A DNA stretch of 64,000 bases from Spirochaetaceae bacterium (lineage in GTDB: Bacteria > Spirochaetota > Spirochaetia > Treponematales > Treponemataceae), in NCBI GenBank assembly GCA_017618015.1, contig JAFZVC010000025.1, forward strand, positions 166,374 to 230,373. Direction: 5' to 3'. The notes under the pieces are model-generated. The model did not search any database, had not been told where the DNA came from, and worked only from the letters and a program-made list of their open reading frames with translations. This document shows, one piece after another, positions 45,421 through 52,913 of the stretch (the stretch's first letter is position 1; the number at the start of each line of letters is the position of its first letter). Both the position numbers and the translations under genes were made by a program.

Positions 45421-46431
45421 ATGTTCGAATCAATTGGAAACAAAGATTTAAGACAGGTTTATAATGAACTTTGGGAAAATGAAGCAAATCGCCCTGCAGA
45501 GGTAATACCAACAAATCACTCGGAAGATTCTTTTCAATTTAAGATTAACAAAAAAAATGATATGTGTAATGAAATTGAAAGAATATTTGATCTTAATATA
45601 AAAGATTTTTCGAAAAAGTTTAAAGATGCCTGTTATTCACAGGGACAAGAATATAAGGAGATTTCTAAATTACATTCATCTGCTCTTTGTTCTTTACTTA
45701 TTTTTTCTGGGGTTTCCAACAATAATGAACTACGATTGACTCTCAATGGACAAGAATGTATTTTTTCTTCTGTTTTATTTGAGTATAAGAATAAGGTAAT
45801 AGGTTTTCCTTCGAATGTTGATGTTGTTTTAGTAGGGAAAAATAAGGATAAAACAAAGACAATAATTCTATTTCTAGAATCAAAATTTTCTGAATACCTA
45901 AGAGTTTCAAATATATTTGATGAACTTGGAAAAAGGTATATTACGAATGAGTATTCAAAAGAAATCTACACAGATGATTTTTTAAGAAATATAGGTATTC
46001 AATTGTGTAAAGATGAGAATTCCAAATTAAAAATCTTTTCAAAAAAAAGAAAAGGAAAAATGCGTGATTTCTATGGTTTCAAACCAATAGACGAAAACGA
46101 TGAAACTTATCTTGAGGGAATTAAACAAATGATTTCTCACTATATTGGTGTTGAACATTTTATTGAAGAAGATTTGGAAGATGATCGAAAAATAACTTAT
46201 TGTGCTAAAGACACAGAAGTCTATCTTGGAGAGATTCTTTTTGATTTCAAATTTAAGGACGCCAAAGAAAAGTTACGTAAATATTCTTCATATTACAAAA
46301 AACTAGCGAATAGGTTGAAAAAATTAAATCCAAACATTCATGTATTGGATGATATCTTAAAATATTCTTTATTTAAAGATTTAGATTTTGAAATAGCTGA
46401 TAAGGTAAAAAAATTTTACGGATTAGATTAA
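45421..46431 (+). CDS. hypothetical protein with PD-(D/E)xK-like motif spacing
   Basis: AGGAGG RBS, and the ATG lies 1 nt after the HNH stop. D134-x18-E153-S-K155 (PSNVDVVLVGK...ILFLESKFSE). Nuclease fold is inferred only. Confidence 0.45.
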   Translation: MFESIGNKDLRQVYNELWENEANRPAEVIPTNHSEDSFQFKINKKNDMCNEIERIFDLNIKDFSKKFKDACYSQGQEYKEISKLHSSALCSLLIFSGVSNNNELRLTLNGQECIFSSVLFEYKNKVIGFPSNVDVVLVGKNKDKTKTIILFLESKFSEYLRVSNIFDELGKRYITNEYSKEIYTDDFLRNIGIQLCKDENSKLKIFSKKRKGKMRDFYGFKPIDENDETYLEGIKQMISHYIGVEHFIEEDLEDDRKITYCAKDTEVYLGEILFDFKFKDAKEKLRKYSSYYKKLANRLKKLNPNIHVLDDILKYSLFKDLDFEIADKVKKFYGLD

Positions 46432-46465
46432 CAATAGAAATAAACATTTCTATCCCTGGTATTCG

Positions 46466-46504
46466 TCTCCGTTTATACTAGAAGTATGAGCGGAGATTTT
46501 TTTT
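46466..46504 (+). terminator. intrinsic terminator closing the WYL-nuclease operon
   Basis: 13-bp stem TCTCCGTTTATAC / GTATGAGCGGAGA (one G-U pair), 5-nt loop, then T8. Confidence 0.8.
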
Positions 46505-46560
46505 ACATAAAGCTCCGTAGCCTAATCACAAAGAAAACCGTTCTATGCATCACTTATGCT

Positions 46561-46628
46561 CCGCTAACGAGAGGAAATTTACTTAAATTCTGCACTCAGG
46601 CGCAGGACACTATCTCTCTATGATAATC
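46561..46628 (+). repeat. right copy of imperfect direct repeat bracketing the island
   Basis: CCGCTAACGAGAGGAAATTTACTTAAATTCTGCACTCAGGCGCAGGACACTATC... is the partner of 40508-40575. Confidence 0.7.
46610..46626. promoter_or_regulatory. degenerate third copy of the palindrome (CTATCT-N5-TGATAA)
   Basis: It occupies the same position within the right direct repeat as the left-copy palindrome. Both arms carry one change. Confidence 0.3.
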
Positions 46629-46656
46629 CTCCTGTTTATACTGTATAAACAGGAGG
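46628..46656 (+). promoter_or_regulatory. perfect 14-bp-arm palindrome that contains the RBS of ORF 46661
   Basis: CCTCCTGTTTATAC-T-GTATAAACAGGAGG. The right arm ends in AGGAGG 4 nt before ATG 46661. It is either an SD-sequestering hairpin or a dimer operator. Confidence 0.5.
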
Positions 46657-46660
46657 ATGT

Positions 46661-47029
46661 ATGGCAAATAGATTAGATATGGGTGAATACGCACTAGTAG
46701 AAAGATTCTACGTAGTTGAACCAATTGAAAGGCTTCGTAAAGTCGAACGAATCCAGAGTTTGTCTTTGGTAGAACGTTCTCATTTAATGCGGTTAGTGCA
46801 ATATTTGGAGCGAGATCGTGCCGAAATAATGGCAAAAAATCCGAATCCAAAGCATCTACCGTTTCCAAATGAAAAAAGCGTACAGCCACAAGAAGAAAAT
46901 CCAGCGTATATCCTTGATATCGGTAATCATAATAATGATGACATTTCTGGCGTAATTGTGGATATTGGTAATCATAATAATTATGACAAATCTGGTGTAA
47001 TCGTGGATATTGCCTGTCTAAGAAAATAA
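46661..47029 (+). CDS. hypothetical protein with internal 15-aa tandem repeat
   Basis: AGGAGG RBS 4 nt before the ATG. The C-terminus repeats DIGNHNN(D/Y)D(I/K)SGVIV. No family recognised, and coding status is uncertain. Confidence 0.35.
   Translation: MANRLDMGEYALVERFYVVEPIERLRKVERIQSLSLVERSHLMRLVQYLERDRAEIMAKNPNPKHLPFPNEKSVQPQEENPAYILDIGNHNNDDISGVIVDIGNHNNYDKSGVIVDIACLRK
46916..47011 (+). repeat. 45-bp tandem repeat, 2.1 copies, inside ORF 46661
   Basis: GATATCGGTAATCATAATAATGATGACATTTCTGGCGTAATTGTG versus GATATTGGTAATCATAATAATTATGACAAATCTGGTGTAATCGTG (39/45 identical by hand count), then GATATT. Confidence 0.8.
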
Positions 47030-47106
47030 CTCACTTTTTTAAGTTTCATACAAACGTGTTTAAGACAGCGGAGTTTACCGCTGGGCTAGGGCGTGGAGCA
47101 GTTGCG

Positions 47107-47190
47107 GACGTACATTAAGCGTCCATGCTTAATGTACTTAGCGGGTTTTGTAACAAAACCCGACAGTTTTTGCGCACATCCATGTGCGCA
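47107..47190 (-). repeat. three-hairpin GC-rich module, copy 2 (inverted)
   Basis: The reverse complement reads TGCGCACATggATGTGCGCA, CGGGTTTTG-tta-CAAAACCCG and GTACATTAAGC-atggac-GCTTAATGTAC. Order, linkers and H3 loop match copy 1. An extra outer stem GCGGACGTA/TACGTCCGC sits at 47104-47112 and 47202-47210. Confidence 0.7.
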
Positions 47191-47214
47191 GTTGAATGTC
47201 CTACGTCCGCAAGT

Positions 47215-47330
47215 CGGAACGACCGCGCGTTAGCGTATTTCGCAACAAGCACGGAGTGCGCCGTTTCCAGCTAGCTGCGGAAGGCCCGGCACGCCGTAGG
47301 CGGGCAGCCCCCATAATCATAATTAAATAA
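47215..47330 (-). repeat. modular GC-rich intergenic repeat, copy adjoining the three-hairpin module
   Basis: The reverse complement contains GCTAGCTGGAAACGGCGCACTCCGTGC. On the plus strand the block ends in GCAGCCCCCATAATCATAATT, reminiscent of CCCCCGCCTATCATATT in copy B. Confidence 0.45.
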
Positions 47331-47600
47331 AGAATCTGGTGGGGTGACGCGAAATGAACCATCGGGACAATAAAAGTGTCAAAATGAACCAGTAAAGGGG
47401 GTAAAAAGAAAGGGTGTGTCAAATTTACACAATAGAAGATAATAACAAAGAGTCAAAAAGTAAAGAAAAATCGATAAAAATCTGAGGATAAAAAATTAAG
47501 GTCGTATTTATACGATTTATCTGTCTGCTTTATAAGAAGATGGAAAGGGGTGCAGGTGCAAGGAAATTTTTGGAAATATTTTTTTAAGGATTTGTGATTT

Positions 47601-47616
47601 TGGCACGGTAATTGCA
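47601..47616 (+). promoter_or_regulatory. sigma-54 (RpoN) -24/-12 promoter for the RpoS-like sigma gene
   Basis: TGGCACGgtaaTTGCA matches the TGGCACG-N4-TTGCW consensus at every conserved position. It lies 39 nt upstream of ATG 47655, and GGAGG RBS sits at 47644-47648. Confidence 0.65.
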
Positions 47617-47654
47617 AGTATAGTTGTGTAACGGAAACGTAACGGAGGCAAAAA

Positions 47655-48494
47655 ATGGCTAATGATGATGTAATTCTTGCAATGTACCTTAAAGAGATCA
47701 ACAGAATCCCTCTCCTTTCACGTGATGAGGAAACCGATCTTGCAGCCCGCGCGAAAGCTGGTGACAAGATTGCAAAAGACAAGATTGTACGTGCGAATCT
47801 CCGCTTCGTTGTCAATGTAGCAAAAAAATATCAGAACCGTGGGCTTGATCTTACCGACCTTATCAGCGAGGGAAATATCGGGCTTCTTACTGCCATCGAC
47901 CGTTACGATGTGTCAAAAGGATACCATTTCATTTCTTATGCCGTATGGTGGATCCGCCAGGCAATTCTTAAGGCTATCTACGAGAAGTCAAGGATGATCA
48001 GGCTTCCGCTTAACCGCGCGAACGAGCTTGTTCAGATTGAGAAAGCTCGCAAATCTGTCGGTGGAAGCAAGACAGAAGAGCAGGAAATCCGCGAGATTGC
48101 AGAGATGCTCAACATGGACAAGACTCATGTCCGCGACCTTCTTAATATCGCAAGGGATATGATTTCGCTTGATAGCGCAGTGAATCCTGGCGATTCAGAC
48201 AGTTCATCGCTCGGAGAGTTCATTTCTGACTCACTTTACGATGATCCTGAAGAGCACGTTATGCAGACGAGCATGAGGGAAGATATAGACGCAGTTCTCG
48301 ACAGCCTTACGGAAAAAGAGGCTGAGGTTCTGCGCTGCCGCTTCGGACTCAACGGAAAAGAGTCGATGTCGCTTAAGGAAGTTGGCGATGTGTTCCATCT
48401 TACGAAAGAGAGAATCCGCCAGATCGAGAAGAAGGCTATCCGGCGCCTGCAGCATCCTACACGCATGAACAAGCTGGAAGCTTACGTAGCGTAA
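47655..48494 (+). CDS. sigma-70 family sigma factor, group-2 (RpoS-like), regions 1.2-4
   Basis: Region 2 DLISEGNIGLLTAIDRYDVSKGYHFISYAVWWIRQAI and region 4.2 SLKEVGDVFHLTKERIRQIEKKAIRRLQHP are RpoD/RpoS-type rather than FliA-type. It is only 279 aa. Confidence 0.85.
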   Translation: MANDDVILAMYLKEINRIPLLSRDEETDLAARAKAGDKIAKDKIVRANLRFVVNVAKKYQNRGLDLTDLISEGNIGLLTAIDRYDVSKGYHFISYAVWWIRQAILKAIYEKSRMIRLPLNRANELVQIEKARKSVGGSKTEEQEIREIAEMLNMDKTHVRDLLNIARDMISLDSAVNPGDSDSSSLGEFISDSLYDDPEEHVMQTSMREDIDAVLDSLTEKEAEVLRCRFGLNGKESMSLKEVGDVFHLTKERIRQIEKKAIRRLQHPTRMNKLEAYVA

Positions 48495-48607
48495 GCTTAG
48501 CAGGTCAGCGTTTGGGCGCGGGGCGCGCAAAGTGTGGCGGGCTTAAGTTTTGGCGCGGGTCGCGAGCCTAATTGCGGCGCGCGAAAGCTGGTTCGTGCTG
48601 GCTTTCG

Positions 48608-50836
48608 TCAGTTCCCAATCGTTTCTAAAATGTCCGCCCGCGCAAGTTCTAAGATCGCTTTGTCACGCACCGGGTCCGCTATTCCGAGCGTTATATAGCC
48701 CGACTGTTGGATGCCGTTCACGTCGCCAGGACCGCGCAACTTAAGGTCTTCTTCGCCAATATAAAAGCCGTCGGTGCTTTCGTGAAGCACTTTAAGACGC
48801 GATTTTCCAAGTTCAGTAAGTTTCTCACTGTACACAAGAAAACAGAATGATGCGGCAGTTCCTCGTCCTACGCGACCGCGCAGCTGATGAAGTGCCGCAA
48901 GCCCGAATCGTTCCGCATGCTCTATGACCATGCATGTCGCGTTCGGAACATCCACGCCAACTTCAACGACACTCGTCGCTACAAGGACTTGCGTTTCGCC
49001 TTTGCGGAACGATTCCAGAACGGCGATTTGGTCAGCCTCATCCGTTTTTGAGTGGATAAGGGCGCATTTGAACTCCGGGTAGACTTTTTGCGAAAGGAAA
49101 CTGAACATCGCTTCTGCTGATTTTAGCGTACTTGCAGTTCCGCCAGTCTGCTGTGTGTCTCGGTTCTGTGCGCTGGTTCCGCCGAGGTTTTCGGCTGTTT
49201 CATCCGCGCCAGACGCGTTGCTGTCAGCGTCGTCTGCAAGGCTTTCTATAAGCGGATACACAAAATAAGCTTGATGTCCGTTCCTAAGCTCCTGCCTGAC
49301 AGCCTCGTACACACGAGACTCGTTTCCCTCTTTTGTAAGGTATGTTTTTATTGGCTGGCGGCCGGCGGGCATTGATTTTATTATGGATATGTCCAGATCA
49401 CCAAAAATAGTGTGCGCGAGTGTCTGCGGAATAGGGGTCGCGCTCATAAGCAAAAAGTCGGGAGAGCGGGGCATTATGCCGTTCGCGAGTTTTTCGCGCT
49501 GTACTACGGATTGTCGCCCTTTGTCGAGAACCGCGCTCCGCTGGACGACACCAAAGCGGTGCTGCTCGTCTATTATCACAAAGCGAAGGTCGTGGTACAA
49601 AACTGATTGCGAGAATACGGCATGCGTGCCTATTACTATGTCGATATCGCCGTTTTTAAGAGCGGATAGGAGCGGCGTTCGTCCAGAAGCCTTGAGATTG
49701 CCGGTAAGAAACGCGACTTTTATGCCGAGCGGTTCAAGCAGTTTTGCCGCGTTGTTTGCGTGTTGACGCGCCAGTATTTCTGTTGGTGCCATCATGACGC
49801 ACTGCCCGCCGTAGTCTATTGTGCGGAGCGCGGCAAAAAATGCAGCAAGCGTCTTTCCGGAGCCTACATCGCCCTGTAAAAGCCGCGACATATGGAACCG
49901 CGCGGGAACTGCGTTATCAGCACTAATATCCGGCTGGTTGTTCGACAAGTCTATGTCAAAGTTCATCTCGTAAATGACTTTTTTTTGGTCTTCTGTAAGT
50001 TCAAACGGCAGCCGGTCGAGCAACTGCTTTTGTCGCGGAGAAAGCGTTTCTTCAAACGTCTTTTTGCTGCCATCAGCTGTTTTCATCGCTTCGGCGGCTG
50101 TTTTCCTGTGTTCCTGCGAACGCCGAAGAATCGTCTCCTGAAAGTGGTAAAGCTCCTCGTATATAAGCGAATATTTCGCCTTTTCAGCCATCTCTATGTT
50201 GCGCGGTTCGTGCATAGAAAAAACAGCTTCTTTTTTCAGCATAAGTCCGCGTTTTTCTATGATGCTTTCAGGCAGCTCGTTCTCTATCCCTCGGCAATAC
50301 TCTTTCAGTGCTTTGCCAATCACCTTGCGAAGCTGCGTTTGCGAAAGCCCTGCCGTAAGCGGATATATCGGGAAAACGGCGGAACCAGGAACCGGCTTGT
50401 CAAGAAACTCGTCTATAGATGCGGATTTCGCAAGACATGTCGCTTCGAACGCTGATGTCTGAATCTCGCCATATCGTGGTGCAAATCTTCCTGTGACAGC
50501 TATAACTGACCCGACCGGAAGCGATTTTTCCAAAAAAGAGCGGTTAAAGCAAACAAGCGCTGCAGAAGCTGTTCCATCATCAATTATTATTTTAAGCGTG
50601 CGCATCCTGCCGAACCCGAACCAGTCATGACGGAGTACTTGCGCTATCGTGTGAACTTTTGACGTGCTGTTCCAAGCGGAGAGCGGAATTTTCCGTGTCC
50701 TGTCCTCCCACGTTTTTGGCCAGTAAGAAAGAAGATCTGAAACTGTAAAAATGCCGAGCCTTGCAAGAAGTTTTTCCAAAGAAGGACCGACTCCTGCTAT
50801 CGTGCTGACTGGCGTTCCGATATCCTGTAGCTTCAT
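48608..50836 (-). CDS. recG: ATP-dependent DNA helicase RecG
   Basis: Wedge/OB N-terminus, motif I GDVGSGKT, DEQHRFGV, and QLRGRVGRG followed by the TRG motif region. Confidence 0.9.
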   Translation of the reverse strand: MKLQDIGTPVSTIAGVGPSLEKLLARLGIFTVSDLLSYWPKTWEDRTRKIPLSAWNSTSKVHTIAQVLRHDWFGFGRMRTLKIIIDDGTASAALVCFNRSFLEKSLPVGSVIAVTGRFAPRYGEIQTSAFEATCLAKSASIDEFLDKPVPGSAVFPIYPLTAGLSQTQLRKVIGKALKEYCRGIENELPESIIEKRGLMLKKEAVFSMHEPRNIEMAEKAKYSLIYEELYHFQETILRRSQEHRKTAAEAMKTADGSKKTFEETLSPRQKQLLDRLPFELTEDQKKVIYEMNFDIDLSNNQPDISADNAVPARFHMSRLLQGDVGSGKTLAAFFAALRTIDYGGQCVMMAPTEILARQHANNAAKLLEPLGIKVAFLTGNLKASGRTPLLSALKNGDIDIVIGTHAVFSQSVLYHDLRFVIIDEQHRFGVVQRSAVLDKGRQSVVQREKLANGIMPRSPDFLLMSATPIPQTLAHTIFGDLDISIIKSMPAGRQPIKTYLTKEGNESRVYEAVRQELRNGHQAYFVYPLIESLADDADSNASGADETAENLGGTSAQNRDTQQTGGTASTLKSAEAMFSFLSQKVYPEFKCALIHSKTDEADQIAVLESFRKGETQVLVATSVVEVGVDVPNATCMVIEHAERFGLAALHQLRGRVGRGTAASFCFLVYSEKLTELGKSRLKVLHESTDGFYIGEEDLKLRGPGDVNGIQQSGYITLGIADPVRDKAILELARADILETIGN

Positions 50837-50898
50837 GGTATTGCAAATTATATCATATTAACGTACATTATAGGAACTTACATACGAAAGAATAAAAT

Positions 50899-51567
50899 AT
50901 GGAATCTATAATAACCTTTTTTAGTAGTTACTTCACGTATTGGCCGCTAGTATGCTTTTTTGCTCTTCTTCTTGCTGGTCTTAATCTTCCAATTTCAGAA
51001 GATGTTCTTATAGTGATGTCTGCGCTTATTGCGTATGAGGATCACTCTCAGCTTATTCCGAACTATCTCGGACTTTATGCCGGTATTTATGGCAGTGATA
51101 TAATAAGCTATTGGATGGGACGGCTTTTGGGCGAAGGTGTCCTTAAGTTCAAGTTCATAACAAAAGCTCTTTCGCCGTCTAAAAGGGAATTCCTTTCCAA
51201 AAAGCTTGAGAAGCACGGTTTTTTGACTTTCATAGTCGTGCGTTTTATTCCGTTCGGCATGAGAAACGCGCTGTTTATGACATCGGGCTTAACAAAGCTT
51301 CCTTTCCCAAAGTTCCTGCTTTTTGATGGAATCGCGGCGATTATCAGTTCAATGACGCTTTATTCGCTCGTTCTTTTTATTGGCGAGTCTGCAAAAGAAG
51401 GCTTCAAAATTGTTGGAATAATCCTTTTTATTATTCTGTGGGGTCTGATAATTGCGTTTATAATCAAAAAAGTAATAGACCACAAAAAAAAGAAAAAAGC
51501 TGCGCTTATGCAGGCTTCTGCCGAAGCCTCTGGCGAAGGTTCAGAAGAGCTTAAGAAAGCTGAATAA
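50899..51567 (+). CDS. DedA-family (SNARE-associated) membrane protein
   Basis: GLNLPISEDVLIV... and F.P.GMRNALFMTSG motifs typical of DedA. Lys-rich C-terminal tail. Confidence 0.75.
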   Translation: MESIITFFSSYFTYWPLVCFFALLLAGLNLPISEDVLIVMSALIAYEDHSQLIPNYLGLYAGIYGSDIISYWMGRLLGEGVLKFKFITKALSPSKREFLSKKLEKHGFLTFIVVRFIPFGMRNALFMTSGLTKLPFPKFLLFDGIAAIISSMTLYSLVLFIGESAKEGFKIVGIILFIILWGLIIAFIIKKVIDHKKKKKAALMQASAEASGEGSEELKKAE

Positions 51568-51578
51568 AAACAAAAATA

Positions 51579-51614
51579 CCCCTGGTGCATGAATCGCATC
51601 GGGGGCTTTTTTTT
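51579..51614 (+). terminator. intrinsic terminator after dedA-like gene
   Basis: CCCC...GGGG-closed imperfect hairpin followed by C and T8. Confidence 0.5.
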
Positions 51615-51734
51615 GTAAGTTGTTGATTTGGGCGCGCCCGCCATAAAGGCGGTCAGGCTTTCCGCACTGTGCCGTCTACCGCGGCACATCCCGCGCACGC
51701 GCGGGACTAAAGGTGCTCCAATCCTTCGCGCGAA

Positions 51735-52859
51735 TTATGATTTATCTGTTTTAACTTCCTGTTTTTGATTCTCTTCAGAAAGCTTTGGGTTAATCCAATA
51801 CCAGTATTTGTTATTTCTCATAAAGAAAATTGATACTCTTATCGCTACAGAGACTACGATATACAGGAAGTAAACGGTATACAAAACCGGATGATGAACG
51901 TCAAGAAACAGCGTTGCGCACATAGCGGCGGTTAGCAGAAGATCTGGAATAGGATCTTTTTCTTTCATCGTTATCGCGCTCAAAAGAGCGGCTGAATAAT
52001 TGACATGGAAGAACGTCAGCGTAAGGAAAACTACGGGGAAAGCTCCATTCAGGAAAGGTACGGGGAAAGAAGAGTCTTTTTCAACGAATACAGCTGCAGT
52101 GGAGATAATTGCGCTCAACAGCATGTATAAAAAGAAGTTGAATGATATCTTCTTGGTGCGGATAAATGTTCCTATTATCGATATGGTAGCTCCTACTGCG
52201 GAAAGCAACAGGGCAACCTCTGTAAGGTTTATGTTGACATTTGAAAGGAACGGAATGATGTTTCCTGCAGGCTGATTGAAAAATGCATTTACCGGTTTTA
52301 TAAAACCAATCGTGGCGAAAAGCGAAAGAATCAGAAGTGTTTCGGATGCTCCGAACCGGCTTATATGAAGTTTGTGCGTCACATATTTTTCCCAGAATGC
52401 AGACATCTGCGTCATGTATGAGATATAGAGCATGAACGCTATGACTGCAAGATTTCTTTCGCCATATGCCATGAAGATGCAGAGCATGATTTCTGCGGAA
52501 ACGAAGGTGTCCAGGAAATGATCACAGAATTCGCCGAGCGGTGAACCTGTTTTTGTTCTTCGGGCCTGAATTCCGTCGGCAGCGTCGCCAATCAGGTAAA
52601 TGATGATGCAGAAGGGAATAAGAATCCAGATAGGCCAATCTGTCTTTCTTGCTGTGATTGCGATTGCTGTTGCCAAGAATACGAAACTGTTTGAAATTAT
52701 CGTTATGATGTTCGCTGGAACTTCAAATGGAAGTTTTGCAACAAGCTTTTCAGCCAGAGGGTTAATTACAAAAACGTCAAGGATTGACAGGTTTTCGGCT
52801 GAATAGTTGTAACTTTTCTTTTTATCGCAGTAGTCTGTCGTCGATGTCTTAATATCCAT
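51735..52859 (-). CDS. CDP-alcohol phosphatidyltransferase family protein
   Basis: DGIQARRTKTGSPLGEFCDHFLD matches D-G-x2-A-R-x8-G-x3-D-x3-D. Polytopic membrane protein. Confidence 0.75.
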   Translation of the reverse strand: MDIKTSTTDYCDKKKSYNYSAENLSILDVFVINPLAEKLVAKLPFEVPANIITIISNSFVFLATAIAITARKTDWPIWILIPFCIIIYLIGDAADGIQARRTKTGSPLGEFCDHFLDTFVSAEIMLCIFMAYGERNLAVIAFMLYISYMTQMSAFWEKYVTHKLHISRFGASETLLILSLFATIGFIKPVNAFFNQPAGNIIPFLSNVNINLTEVALLLSAVGATISIIGTFIRTKKISFNFFLYMLLSAIISTAAVFVEKDSSFPVPFLNGAFPVVFLTLTFFHVNYSAALLSAITMKEKDPIPDLLLTAAMCATLFLDVHHPVLYTVYFLYIVVSVAIRVSIFFMRNNKYWYWINPKLSEENQKQEVKTDKS

Positions 52860-52913
52860 AACAGATATTATATCAAAGAGTTGAATTAGTTACAATCTAT
52901 CAGCCTGAAGTCG

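Larger units (their letters stand above)
40470..47030. other. AT-rich accessory (candidate defence) island between groES and the sigma-factor gene
   Basis: Composition shifts visibly. Spot counts on single 60-nt lines give 17/60 G+C at 45421 versus 34/60 at 14461. There are direct repeats at 40508-40575 and 46561-46628. Gene content is WYL regulator, HNH, AAA+ and a FliG-like protein. No recombinase gene. Confidence 0.6.

Noticed and set aside
46916-47011. Possible CRISPR array, given the repeated 45-bp units.
   Set aside because: There are only 2.1 directly abutting copies with no spacers. The units are in frame within an ORF, and no cas genes are present.
40470-47030. Integrase, transposase or excisionase that would make the island a classical mobile element or prophage.
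   Set aside because: None of the six or seven ORFs shows tyrosine/serine recombinase or DDE motifs. The HNH protein is a NUMOD4-type nuclease, not a recombinase. The region is therefore called an island, not a mobile element.
47040-47345. tmRNA, SRP RNA, RNase P RNA or tRNA in the GC-rich structured block next to the island.
   Set aside because: The block lacks the GGAAAGUCCGG core of RNase P and the GGAA/AGCA domain IV motif pattern of SRP. It has no tRNA-like acceptor/T-arm with a GGTTCGAATCC-type loop, and no plausible tag-peptide reading frame ending in a stop. The cloverleaf arms of 9-11 bp are too long for a tRNA. Parts of it are clearly copies of repeats found elsewhere in the window.
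47201-47815. Minus-strand ORFs 47201-47422 and 47453-47815.
   Set aside because: The first lies in the repeat and AT-rich promoter region. The second overlaps the sigma-factor start and the sigma-54 promoter. Both have low-complexity translations, no RBS and no family resemblance.
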